DNA of 64,000 nucleotides from Nitrosopumilaceae archaeon (GTDB lineage Archaea; Thermoproteota; Nitrososphaeria; Nitrososphaerales; Nitrosopumilaceae): NCBI GenBank assembly GCA_965207375.1, contig OZ242274.1, positions 960,001 to 1,024,000 of the forward strand, read 5' to 3'. Shown piece by piece: positions 40,410 to 50,039 of this stretch (position 1 is its first letter; each line of letters starts with the position of its first letter). The notes under the pieces were generated by a model. It saw only the letters and a program-made list of their open reading frames with translations, ran no database searches and was not told where the DNA came from. The position numbers and the translations under genes were made by a program.

Positions 40410-42146
40410 GTAACATTCCGACTCTCTGAAGTTCCTTATATAGTCAGGCAGTAAAGCATAAGGATCACTATCATCAGCATAAAATTATGATGCCGGGATT
40501 TGATCTTGAAGAAATAGACTGGAAGAATCCCGATGTCAACAAGCTTTTCGAGGTTCTTACTGAAAAATTTGATCAAATGGATAAACAAATGAAAGATCTG
40601 CAAAAAGACAATCAGCTAAAAGATGTAGAAAGCAAACAAGTGATTGCAGAAAATAAACAAGTGATTGCAGAAAATAAACAAGTAATCACAGAAAACAAAC
40701 AGCTAAAAGAAGAAATCGTTCAACTAAAAAAACTCATAGCAAAACTGCAAAAGAAAAAAACAAGATCCAGTCATGTCAGTAGCTATAACACCAGAGAGTA
40801 CAAGGGATACCCAGAGATCAAAAAACAAAAGACGCAGCCAAAATATACGCAACAAGACCATGAGACCACAGATGTAATTGTAGATCACAAGTTTTGTCCA
40901 TCATGTGGTAATCCGCTTGCAGATTCGTCAAGCAAATACACTAGAAACGGTGAATCGATAATAGACGGCAAATGGTCTGGTGTCAACATGACTATTGTGG
41001 GTAGATACTGCAAAAAATGTGCACGCATGCAATATGCAAAACCTATTGACTTTATGCCAGAAGAGCATTTTAGCATCACAATAATGGCAAGAATTTCTGC
41101 AATGAGAAACCTGACTATATCGTATGGCAAAATACAAAAACTCTTGCAGATGTTTTACGGCAAAAATATTGCCATATCCACACTTGAAAAACTTGATGCA
41201 CGTGTCTCAAAATGCCTAGAACCTGTATATTATTCGCTTCTTGATGAGATTGTCAAGGCAAAAATCCTAGGAGGTGACGAAACAGGATGGTATCTAAACG
41301 GCAAACTGTGCTGGGCATGGGTGTTTCATTCTGTATATACGGTAGTATATCACATCGCACAATCTAGAAGCAAAATGGTATCTGAGACGTTTCTAAAGGA
41401 TTTTGAAGGCATACTGATGGGTGACTCTCATCCCGGATGGAGTGTTGCAGATATACTTCAAAAATGCCTGCTACACTATTTCAGAGACATGTATAGAACG
41501 CTTGAAAAAAATGACAAAAAAGAATTTCAAACATTCTTTGATGAACTATACAAGATACTAAAATCTGCAATAAAGCTTGGCAAAAAACACGACACAGTAC
41601 AGGACATTCCAAAGCGCAGCATAACTAAACTGCAAAAAAGAATCAATGCACTTGCTACAGGAACATATGAGGATACAGATTGTCTCAGATATGTAAAGCG
41701 ACTAAAACGCGAGGGTAACTCTTTGCTAACATTTCTAAAATATGATGGTGTGCCGTACCACAACAATGCAAGCGAGCAGGCAATGCGCATATTTGCTATA
41801 ATGAGGAAGATATTCTACGGTAGTCGCTCAGAGAGAGGCCTAAAAACCACAGAGATACGTCAAAGCATATTTGCCACATGTGAAAGGCGCGATGTAAATC
41901 CGTATCATTTCGTCAAGGAGTATCTGCGTGGAAATATCAAAGAAATTCCCATGCCAAAAGTCACAGTTGCTGCATGATACCATCAAATGTACAGTGTATA
42001 ATACACAAAATTTGTTACTGTATGATCATTTCTGTAATCTGAATCTGTTGTATACTGGTTCATTGACGTAAACTGCACCGGGGTTTTGCATGCAGTTTCA
42101 TGGGTCATCTAAATCCCAGAGTAACTTCAGAAAGTCGATCTGTTAC
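40410..42146 (+). mobile_element. IS66-family element (single ORF, ISBst12-like), copy 1, 1737 bp
   Basis: TIRs gtaacattccgactctctgaagtt / gtaacagatcgactttctgaagtt; 8-bp flanks atttcttt and aattattc. Confidence 0.95.
40487..41977 (+). CDS. IS66-family transposase
   Basis: Coiled coil, CPSCG zinc finger, DETGW, GD, QKCLLHYFR and HNNASEQAMR motifs. Confidence 0.95.
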   Translation: MMPGFDLEEIDWKNPDVNKLFEVLTEKFDQMDKQMKDLQKDNQLKDVESKQVIAENKQVIAENKQVITENKQLKEEIVQLKKLIAKLQKKKTRSSHVSSYNTREYKGYPEIKKQKTQPKYTQQDHETTDVIVDHKFCPSCGNPLADSSSKYTRNGESIIDGKWSGVNMTIVGRYCKKCARMQYAKPIDFMPEEHFSITIMARISAMRNLTISYGKIQKLLQMFYGKNIAISTLEKLDARVSKCLEPVYYSLLDEIVKAKILGGDETGWYLNGKLCWAWVFHSVYTVVYHIAQSRSKMVSETFLKDFEGILMGDSHPGWSVADILQKCLLHYFRDMYRTLEKNDKKEFQTFFDELYKILKSAIKLGKKHDTVQDIPKRSITKLQKRINALATGTYEDTDCLRYVKRLKREGNSLLTFLKYDGVPYHNNASEQAMRIFAIMRKIFYGSRSERGLKTTEIRQSIFATCERRDVNPYHFVKEYLRGNIKEIPMPKVTVAA

Positions 42147-42451
42147 AATTATTCGTGTTTTTTGGTAACACTTGACTAAATGCTACGTCTAAATCGCATG
42201 TAAAAACTGGCCTGTCCAGAGTTTTTGGGCACGCAACTTTAGAAATCATGTATATAGTTTTTTTACAATTTATTTGCTACAAATCTTGAGTTTGTAAAAT
42301 AATAATGTGTGAGACTTTTTGCGTGTCTGATTCATGGTTTTTGGCTCAATTTGACAAATGTTACAGAACAGATCTCACATATGTAAAGCAGACAAGATAT
42401 GACCCCTTTGCGCTCAAGGATTAAATATCATCTAGTCACGAATCAAGCTAA

Positions 42452-43576
42452 TTGAGGTTAATTAACGAGCAGCTTTCTGCTAGTTCCATAGGAGATATTT
42501 TAGAGAGAGCATTAACAGGCAATACCATTACAGCACAAGATTGTCTCAGGCTTTTAGAATCTGAAGATGTTCATTTGATGGGGCTAGTTGCAGGCTCGCT
42601 GACACGAAGACGATTTGGTGCAAATGCATCCTTTGTAAATAACATGATTTTAAATTATACAAATGTCTGCATCACAGATTGCAAATTTTGCGCGTTTTAT
42701 AGATCACCTGGTGCTGATGACTCTTACACCCTGACCCTTGATGAAATAAAGACTCGCGTAAAGACCTGTTGGGACATGTTCAAAATAAGACAGGTACTGA
42801 TTCAGGGAGGCCACAACCCAAATTTGAAAATCGAATATTACGAGGATGCATTTAAGATGATACGTGAAAAATTTCCAGAGGTGGGCATACATGGACTGTC
42901 TGCATCAGAAATTGACATGATTGCAAAGGTTGAAAAATCCTCAACTAGAGAAGTTTTAAAGCGGCTCAAAGATTCAGGATTACAATCTGTTCCTGGTGCT
43001 GGTGCAGAAATTTTAGTTGATTCTGTAAAAGATATAATCAGTCCTAAAAAAATATCAAGTTCTGACTGGCTTCGAATTATGGAAGAGGCCCACGATATAG
43101 GACTGCCTGCATCTGCAACTATGATGTACGGACATGTAGAATCCAACCAAGACATAGTAGATCATTTTGAGGCAGTCAAAAAATTACAGGAAAAAACCAA
43201 CGGATTTATGGCATTTATTCCATGGAATTTTGAACCAAACAATACTCTGATGCAAAAGGAGAATTTGGTAACTTTTGGAACAGGTGGAATTCAGCTTTTA
43301 AAGATGATTGCAATATCTAGAATAATCTTTGATGGCATAATTCCACACATACAGTCATCATGGCTTACAAACGGGGTCGGAATGGCTCAGCTTGCGCTAC
43401 AGTACGGTGCAGATGATTTTGGAGGAACCCTGATAGGCGAGGAGGTAGTATCATGTACCGGGGCGCGCTCCACTGAATTAACCGACAAGCGAATAATTGA
43501 CTCTATACATCAAATAGGATATCAGGTCAAAGAAAGGGATAATTTTTACAAAACAATCAAGATTCATAATCCATAG
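42452..43576 (+). CDS. mqnC: Cyclic dehypoxanthinyl futalosine synthase (MqnC, CofH-like radical SAM)
   Basis: NYTNVCITDCKFCAFYR, QGGHNP, PGAGAEIL, ATMMYGHVE and GADDFGG motifs; next to a UbiD gene. Confidence 0.82.
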   Translation: MRLINEQLSASSIGDILERALTGNTITAQDCLRLLESEDVHLMGLVAGSLTRRRFGANASFVNNMILNYTNVCITDCKFCAFYRSPGADDSYTLTLDEIKTRVKTCWDMFKIRQVLIQGGHNPNLKIEYYEDAFKMIREKFPEVGIHGLSASEIDMIAKVEKSSTREVLKRLKDSGLQSVPGAGAEILVDSVKDIISPKKISSSDWLRIMEEAHDIGLPASATMMYGHVESNQDIVDHFEAVKKLQEKTNGFMAFIPWNFEPNNTLMQKENLVTFGTGGIQLLKMIAISRIIFDGIIPHIQSSWLTNGVGMAQLALQYGADDFGGTLIGEEVVSCTGARSTELTDKRIIDSIHQIGYQVKERDNFYKTIKIHNP

Positions 43577-45005
43577 TTTGGCCATTTCTGATCTACTAGG
43601 CTTTTTGTTTTAGAATCGGCTTTTACCTGTTCTTGAATTTCTCTGGCGTACCCTTCCTCTACAGTTTCTGGGTAGCATCGATTCCAAGCTTTGAACCTAG
43701 ATTAACCAAAGGAGATGCCGGATCTAAAGTATCAGTTGGCGTGTTTGGTATGATTATCGTATCACGTGCAGCATCTGCCCTAGTAGTTATTGCCCAAATT
43801 ACATCGTTTATGTCATGAACATTTACGTCCTGATCTACAATTACAAACATTTTGGTGAGTGCAAGCTGCCCTGTTCCCCACAAACCCATCATGACCTTTT
43901 TTGCCTGACCAGGATATCGTTTCTTAATTGAAATGATGGCCAAACCCTGAAACCATCCGGATGCAGGCATGGAATAGTCGACTACTTCAGGGTGCAACAT
44001 CTGAATCAGTGGTAAAAATGAGCGCTCTATTACCTTGCCAATATATGCATCTTCTAATACCGGCTTGCCAACAATTGTTGTAAGGTATATTGGTTTTTCT
44101 CGTCTCATGATTGCAGTTAGTGTAAATGTCGGATATTTCTCAACTGGTGTATAGTATCCGGTATGATCCCCAAATGGGCCCTCGTTTCTGAGGTCTGTGG
44201 GATCGACGTATCCTTCAAAGACAATATCTGCATTGGCAGGAACCTCAAGATCAATTGTCTTACATTTTACGGTTTGAATTCCTTTCTTTTGCGTAATTCC
44301 TGCAAACAGGTATTTGTCTAATCCTTCTGGTACAGGTGCTACTGCTGAAAATATCGTTGCAGGTTCTCCGCCGATTATGATGGCTGCCTCAATTTTGTCA
44401 CCAGTGTCCTTTTTTATCTCACCGTGTTGTGCACCACGCTTGTGTTTTTGCCAGTGCATCAAGGCATGTGTATCATCTACAATTTGAATTCTGTACACAC
44501 CGAGATTTCTTACACCCGTCTGTGGATGCTTGGTTGCAACGAGTCCAAATGTGATGAATTTACCTGCATCCTTTGGCCATGTCTTAAGAATTGGGGTTCT
44601 ATCAAAGCTTGGAGATTCATCTGTAATTTCAGTTACCGGTCCTGACTTTTCCAATTTAGGAAATGATTCTGCCATCTTTGATAGTTCGGGTAATTTTTTG
44701 ATTTTGTTAAACAGTCCTGAGGGCATTTCCATTTTTGTCATATCCACAATGCGCTGACCAATTTGGGTAAAGTCTCTAGTCTCTAGACTAAGTTCTAGTC
44801 TTTTCATTGAACCAAATGTATTTCCCAAAACAGGTATATCATATCCCTTGACATCTTCAAAAAGAATGGCAGGTCCGTTTGCATACATGCTTCTTTTTAA
44901 AATTTCAGCAATTTCTAAATCAGCATCAACTTGTGTTTTTACTCTTTTTAGCTCACCTGCACCTTCCAAAATTGTGACAAGCTCGTGAATGTCCTTTATT
45001 GGCAT
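43564..45005 (-). CDS. ubiD: UbiD-family (menaquinone) decarboxylase with a 1-nt-deletion frameshift near the C-terminus
   Basis: EGPFGDHTGYY, NLGVYR and LDPAS...SKLGIDAT motifs; the natural tail EEGYAREIQEQVK...KWPNYGL continues in another frame. Confidence 0.88.
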
Positions 45006-45203
45006 ATGAGAATATACGCTCAAGATGGTATAAAGATTGGCAGGGTTTAGTATTGTAGTAATGTGAAAGGTTGTACTGATAAGACCACGCCTAGATTTTT
45101 ATTCTTGATCTTTATGACACTTTGTACCTAGGATACGCGTAATTTCAAAACTAACTATACGAAAATTTTAATGTTAGAGTTTTAATCTAGTCAAATAGGA
45201 GGT

Positions 45204-45434
45204 ATGTCGGAGCAAAATTGTCCGGTTTGCAAGGGCTTGGGCAACATAGAGTTGTTGGGAAGTCAGTGTCCATTTTGCAACGGAACAGGAGAATATACAA
45301 AATCAGCTCAAGCATATTTGAAATCGCACATATGTCAATGCATTTTGCTAGACAGGAAAAAATGCCCATTATGTGGAAAAAAATGTCATCACGATACTCC
45401 TAATCGGCCAAAGGTTTTGATTGGTCCAGTTTAG
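45204..45434 (+). CDS. Small Cys-rich protein with DnaJ-like CxxCxGxG motifs
   Basis: CPVCKGLG, CPFCNGTG, CQC and CPLCGKKCHH. Confidence 0.75.
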   Translation: MSEQNCPVCKGLGNIELLGSQCPFCNGTGEYTKSAQAYLKSHICQCILLDRKKCPLCGKKCHHDTPNRPKVLIGPV

Positions 45435-45826
45435 GGGTTAATTGGAGGAAGTTCGCTTTTCTTTTCATATCCACCAGAGCCGAATTTACAATAAAAGCAC
45501 ATGTCAGATTGCATGTGTGTCAGATGTTCAATTTGAATTGCTCCTAATTTCAAAGCTATTTTTGTTAGCAGTTTGTATTTGAGCGGCATTGCAGGAATCA
45601 CCTCTTCAATGTAGACTTTGTAGTGATCTGGGCAAAACTTTAGGGTAACTCTTTCGGGTTCCTTTCTTGATCCCTTGTTGGATTCGTTTACCTGTTTTGT
45701 AAAATTTATCTGTTCTCGAATATACTCGTGTTTTGGACATGGGCAGCTTTTTCCACCAGGATGTTTGTATGCTGGTGTGTTTTTCCAGTCAAAATCAGGA
45801 TATTCTTTTTCAAAGTCGTCCATCAT
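45431..45826 (-). CDS. Hypothetical Cys/His-containing protein
   Basis: 131-aa ORF with CPCPKH, FCPDH and CFYC. Confidence 0.7.
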   Translation of the reverse strand: MMDDFEKEYPDFDWKNTPAYKHPGGKSCPCPKHEYIREQINFTKQVNESNKGSRKEPERVTLKFCPDHYKVYIEEVIPAMPLKYKLLTKIALKLGAIQIEHLTHMQSDMCFYCKFGSGGYEKKSELPPINP

Positions 45827-45916
45827 TACACTGTCACTGTAAGTGCTTATAAAACTTGATTATGAGACAGAAAATAAACCAAATGTAAATAAACCCCTCT
45901 CAAATCCTGTTGTATC

Positions 45917-46453
45917 ATGGCAACCTCAAAAAGAACCACTAAAAAGGATTTAGAAAACAAAATTGTTCAATTAGAGGCAAAAATAGCACAGCTTTCAACA
46001 AAACTAGAAGCCAAACCAGAAAAGCAGATAGAGACCAATCCTGTCAAAAAGGGAAAAAGAGTCCTGCCAAAGGGTTTTGAAGAACCTGTAATAGAAACTC
46101 TGACTACAGTCGAATCAGACTCGTTGGAACATGCGTATCAAAACGCAGCCATGACGGATTTTCACCAGTATCGTGCAAAGGTAACAGGATATACTCCGGC
46201 ACCAAACCGATACTTTGTTAGAAGAACCGCTCCGGTAGGTACAGTTACAACAAAGAGTTGGCACTCACAAAAGGCTACGGTTGCAGGCTATACGCAACCC
46301 TCAAACCAATACTTTGCAACAAGGGCAAGATTGGCATATCATCCACCTGAGAAAACATTTGCAGGATACGATATGAGCTTTGGAGCAGGATCAGTCCAAA
46401 CGCAGACTGCACAGTCCCAAAAGGTTCATGGCACTATGCCGAAAGGTTTCTGA
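45917..46453 (+). CDS. Hypothetical protein with internal repeats
   Basis: Short coiled coil; duplicated V.GYT..N.YF..R motif; PKGF occurs twice. Confidence 0.7.
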   Translation: MATSKRTTKKDLENKIVQLEAKIAQLSTKLEAKPEKQIETNPVKKGKRVLPKGFEEPVIETLTTVESDSLEHAYQNAAMTDFHQYRAKVTGYTPAPNRYFVRRTAPVGTVTTKSWHSQKATVAGYTQPSNQYFATRARLAYHPPEKTFAGYDMSFGAGSVQTQTAQSQKVHGTMPKGF

Positions 46454-47070
46454 CCAGTTTTTTAAAATAAAAATTTGTAACAGATGTATGCCTGACAAGT
46501 AGCAAAAATAATTTACATGTCATTTAGATGTTAAACTCCAACCTAACAGGATGACAGATAAATGACTGATTGTATGAATGAACGTGCACAAAAAAAGACA
46601 TTATTTTATTTGGTCTACACCATTATCGTTTGAGGGTTTTTTAATTGCCACCGCATTGAAAAAAATCTTACAGTACACATTGGTATGAATGTCAAACAAA
46701 ATTTTATTAAAGAATTGATGATTAGTTAATTGAGCGTTGTACTATAGATCAAACTCTTGCCTGCATTTTTCACATTTGCATTTTTCTTGACCGGGCTGGC
46801 CTAGCAAGAAAATACGACCAATTGTTTGACATAAAGGACACAAGCCAGTAGTAACATTTTTTGGACCGGTTTTGATTATTTTCTGAGTCTTTCGACGTCC
46901 CATAAATGTAATATTTAATGACGCCTTTTAAGTCTAATTTTTTCAAATTAGAACAGAATAGATTTGTCGTACTTGTTCACCTATTTTTGAGCATTTTTGG
47001 TCCTAAATATATCAGACTGGCCCTACCAGATAATCCTGTCCCAGATTCTTCCAGTGTACGTAATAGACGT

Positions 47071-47346
47071 TATATGAAAAATTTTTCTCCTACGGCTACG
47101 TACTGATTATATTGGATCTGAGGGCTGAATTAACAATACCTCGTATGAAGGTGAGTAATAGACTAGCTCACAGTAAGCGGACAACAAAATACCACGTTTT
47201 TGATGAATGGTGAATGGGAGTATTCCGCAAGGTCAGGTCCACAAATTTTGATCAAAAAGGAGATGATGATATCATCAACATCGGAATAGACGTTCACAAG
47301 AAACAATGTGTTGCAACCATAAAAAATGATAAAAGCAAAAAGAAAT
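47071..47346 (+). mobile_element. IS110-family element, left end with noncoding region and transposase N-terminus, displaced by inversion
   Basis: IR atatgaaaaat at 47072-47082; IINIGIDVHKKQCVATIK at 47271-47346 joins in frame to 40401 across the aaagaaat duplication. Confidence 0.88.
47113..47241 (+). ncRNA. Candidate IS110 bridge/seek RNA
   Basis: 9-bp closing stem and two stem-internal-loop arms whose loop strands match the target and donor junction. Confidence 0.75.
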
Positions 47347-49083
47347 GTAACAGATCGACTTTCTGAAGTTACTCTGGGATTTAGATGACCCATGAAACTG
47401 CATGCAAAACCCCGGTGCAGTTTACGTCAATGAACCAGTATACAACAGATTCAGATTACAGAAATGATCATACAGTAACAAATTTTGTGTATTATACACT
47501 GTACATTTGATGGTATCATGCAGCAACTGTGACTTTTGGCATGGGAATTTCTTTGATATTTCCACGCAGATACTCCTTGACGAAATGATACGGATTTACA
47601 TCGCGCCTTTCACATGTGGCAAATATGCTTTGACGTATCTCTGTGGTTTTTAGGCCTCTCTCTGAGCGACTACCGTAGAATATCTTCCTCATTATAGCAA
47701 ATATGCGCATTGCCTGCTCGCTTGCATTGTTGTGGTACGGCACACCATCATATTTTAGAAATGTTAGCAAAGAGTTACCCTCGCGTTTTAGTCGCTTTAC
47801 ATATCTGAGACAATCTGTATCCTCATATGTTCCTGTAGCAAGTGCATTGATTCTTTTTTGCAGTTTAGTTATGCTGCGCTTTGGAATGTCCTGTACTGTG
47901 TCGTGTTTTTTGCCAAGCTTTATTGCAGATTTTAGTATCTTGTATAGTTCATCAAAGAATGTTTGAAATTCTTTTTTGTCATTTTTTTCAAGCGTTCTAT
48001 ACATGTCTCTGAAATAGTGTAGCAGGCATTTTTGAAGTATATCTGCAACACTCCATCCGGGATGAGAGTCACCCATCAGTATGCCTTCAAAATCCTTTAG
48101 AAACGTCTCAGATACCATTTTGCTTCTAGATTGTGCGATGTGATATACTACCGTATATACAGAATGAAACACCCATGCCCAGCACAGTTTGCCGTTTAGA
48201 TACCATCCTGTTTCGTCACCTCCTAGGATTTTTGCCTTGACAATCTCATCAAGAAGCGAATAATATACAGGTTCTAGGCATTTTGAGACACGTGCATCAA
48301 GTTTTTCAAGTGTGGATATGGCAATATTTTTGCCGTAAAACATCTGCAAGAGTTTTTGTATTTTGCCATACGATATAGTCAGGTTTCTCATTGCAGAAAT
48401 TCTTGCCATTATTGTGATGCTAAAATGCTCTTCTGGCATAAAGTCAATAGGTTTTGCATATTGCATGCGTGCACATTTTTTGCAGTATCTACCCACAATA
48501 GTCATGTTGACACCAGACCATTTGCCGTCTATTATCGATTCACCGTTTCTAGTGTATTTGCTTGACGAATCTGCAAGCGGATTACCACATGATGGACAAA
48601 ACTTGTGATCTACAATTACATCTGTGGTCTCATGGTCTTGTTGCGTATATTTTGGCTGCGTCTTTTGTTTTTTGATCTCTGGGTATCCCTTGTACTCTCT
48701 GGTGTTATAGCTACTGACATGACTGGATCTTGTTTTTTTCTTTTGCAGTTTTGCTATGAGTTTTTTTAGTTGAACGATTTCTTCTTTTAGCTGTTTGTTT
48801 TCTGTGATTACTTGTTTGTTTTCTGCAATCACTTGTTTATTTTCTGCAATCACTTGTTTGCTTTCTACATCTTTTAGCTGATTGTCTTTTTGCAGATCTT
48901 TCATTTGTTTATCCATTTGATCAAATTTTTCAGTAAGAACCTCGAAAAGCTTGTTGACATCGGGATTCTTCCAGTCTATTTCTTCAAGATCAAATCCCGG
49001 CATCATAATTTTATGCTGATGATAGTGATCCTTATGCTTTACTGCCTGACTATATAAGGAACTTCAGAGAGTCGGAATGTTAC
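47347..49083 (-). mobile_element. IS66-family element, copy 2 (inverted), 1737 bp
   Basis: Reverse complement of copy 1; flanks aaagaaat and gaataatt. Confidence 0.95.
47516..49006 (-). CDS. IS66-family transposase (protein identical to copy 1)
   Basis: Identical 496-aa translation. Confidence 0.95.
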   Translation of the reverse strand: MMPGFDLEEIDWKNPDVNKLFEVLTEKFDQMDKQMKDLQKDNQLKDVESKQVIAENKQVIAENKQVITENKQLKEEIVQLKKLIAKLQKKKTRSSHVSSYNTREYKGYPEIKKQKTQPKYTQQDHETTDVIVDHKFCPSCGNPLADSSSKYTRNGESIIDGKWSGVNMTIVGRYCKKCARMQYAKPIDFMPEEHFSITIMARISAMRNLTISYGKIQKLLQMFYGKNIAISTLEKLDARVSKCLEPVYYSLLDEIVKAKILGGDETGWYLNGKLCWAWVFHSVYTVVYHIAQSRSKMVSETFLKDFEGILMGDSHPGWSVADILQKCLLHYFRDMYRTLEKNDKKEFQTFFDELYKILKSAIKLGKKHDTVQDIPKRSITKLQKRINALATGTYEDTDCLRYVKRLKREGNSLLTFLKYDGVPYHNNASEQAMRIFAIMRKIFYGSRSERGLKTTEIRQSIFATCERRDVNPYHFVKEYLRGNIKEIPMPKVTVAA

Positions 49084-49256
49084 GAATAATTTGGGAAAAA
49101 CACCGACATAACTGCATTGATCCAGGGTTTGATGATAAAAACAAACTAGATTGCGCTCATTTAAAATATCTTGGAAAATTTAGTCTAGATCTCTATTGTA
49201 GAGCCTCTCTTTTTTTCACGTTATTTTTAAGTAGGGTACAAAAAGTAGATCCACTC

Positions 49257-50039
49257 ATGGTATCGGGTCATCAGATTAGATTGAACAGAATTATGAAAAA
49301 AGGAAGGATGCTTTGTATCCCAATGGATCATGGAATTTCAAACGGCCCAATTGAGGGATTGGAAAATCCACACAAAACAATTTACGATTGTGAAAATCAT
49401 GGGCTTACAAGTGTTATTGTCAATAAGGGAATCATCAAAACATTATCAAGACCAACAAAGATTGGCATTTTGGTTCATTTTTCAAGCAGTACATCACTTT
49501 CTGTATCGCCAAACCGCAAGATGCTGACAGGTTCGGTACAAGAGGCAGTAAGACTAGGGGCAGACGGAGTATCATTACACATCAATATAGGTGGAAAGGA
49601 GGAACCAGAAATGTTAGAGCAGTTAGGATTAACAGCCGAGCAATGTCACAAATGGAATATGCCCTTACTTGCAATGATGTATCCAAGAGGTCAAAACATC
49701 AAAGATCCTCATGACCCACAAATCGTGGGCCATGTTGCAAGAATCGGTGCAGAATGCGGTGCAGATATTGTCAAAACAGTATATACCGGAGATGTGGATT
49801 CATTTGCAAAAATTGTCAAAAGCACGCCAGTTCCTATTGTAGTTGCAGGCGGACCAAAAACAAAGACGGATTTGGATCTGCTAACTATGACCGAAGAGGT
49901 AATGACTGCCGGAGGTAGGGGCGTGACATTTGGCAGAAACATATTTGCCCACAAAAATCCCCAAAAAATTACATCTGCCCTTGCTGCAATAATCTTTGGC
50001 AAGGCAACAGCTAAGGAAGCAGTGAAAAAACTTGAGTAA
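49257..50039 (+). CDS. 2-amino-3,7-dideoxy-D-threo-hept-6-ulosonate synthase (DhnA-type aldolase, AroA')
   Basis: PMDHG, AMMYPRG, GADIVKT, AGGP and GRN motifs; first gene of the aro cluster. Confidence 0.9.
   Translation: MVSGHQIRLNRIMKKGRMLCIPMDHGISNGPIEGLENPHKTIYDCENHGLTSVIVNKGIIKTLSRPTKIGILVHFSSSTSLSVSPNRKMLTGSVQEAVRLGADGVSLHINIGGKEEPEMLEQLGLTAEQCHKWNMPLLAMMYPRGQNIKDPHDPQIVGHVARIGAECGADIVKTVYTGDVDSFAKIVKSTPVPIVVAGGPKTKTDLDLLTMTEEVMTAGGRGVTFGRNIFAHKNPQKITSALAAIIFGKATAKEAVKKLE

Noticed and set aside
47163-47393. 76-aa minus-strand ORF
   Set aside because: It spans the IS66 end, the IS110 N-terminus and the candidate ncRNA, so it is a junction artefact
49077-49256. 60-aa N-terminal extension of the AroA' ORF starting in the IS66 end
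   Set aside because: Homology-like sequence starts at MVSGHQIRL (49257); the extension is probably a fortuitous open frame
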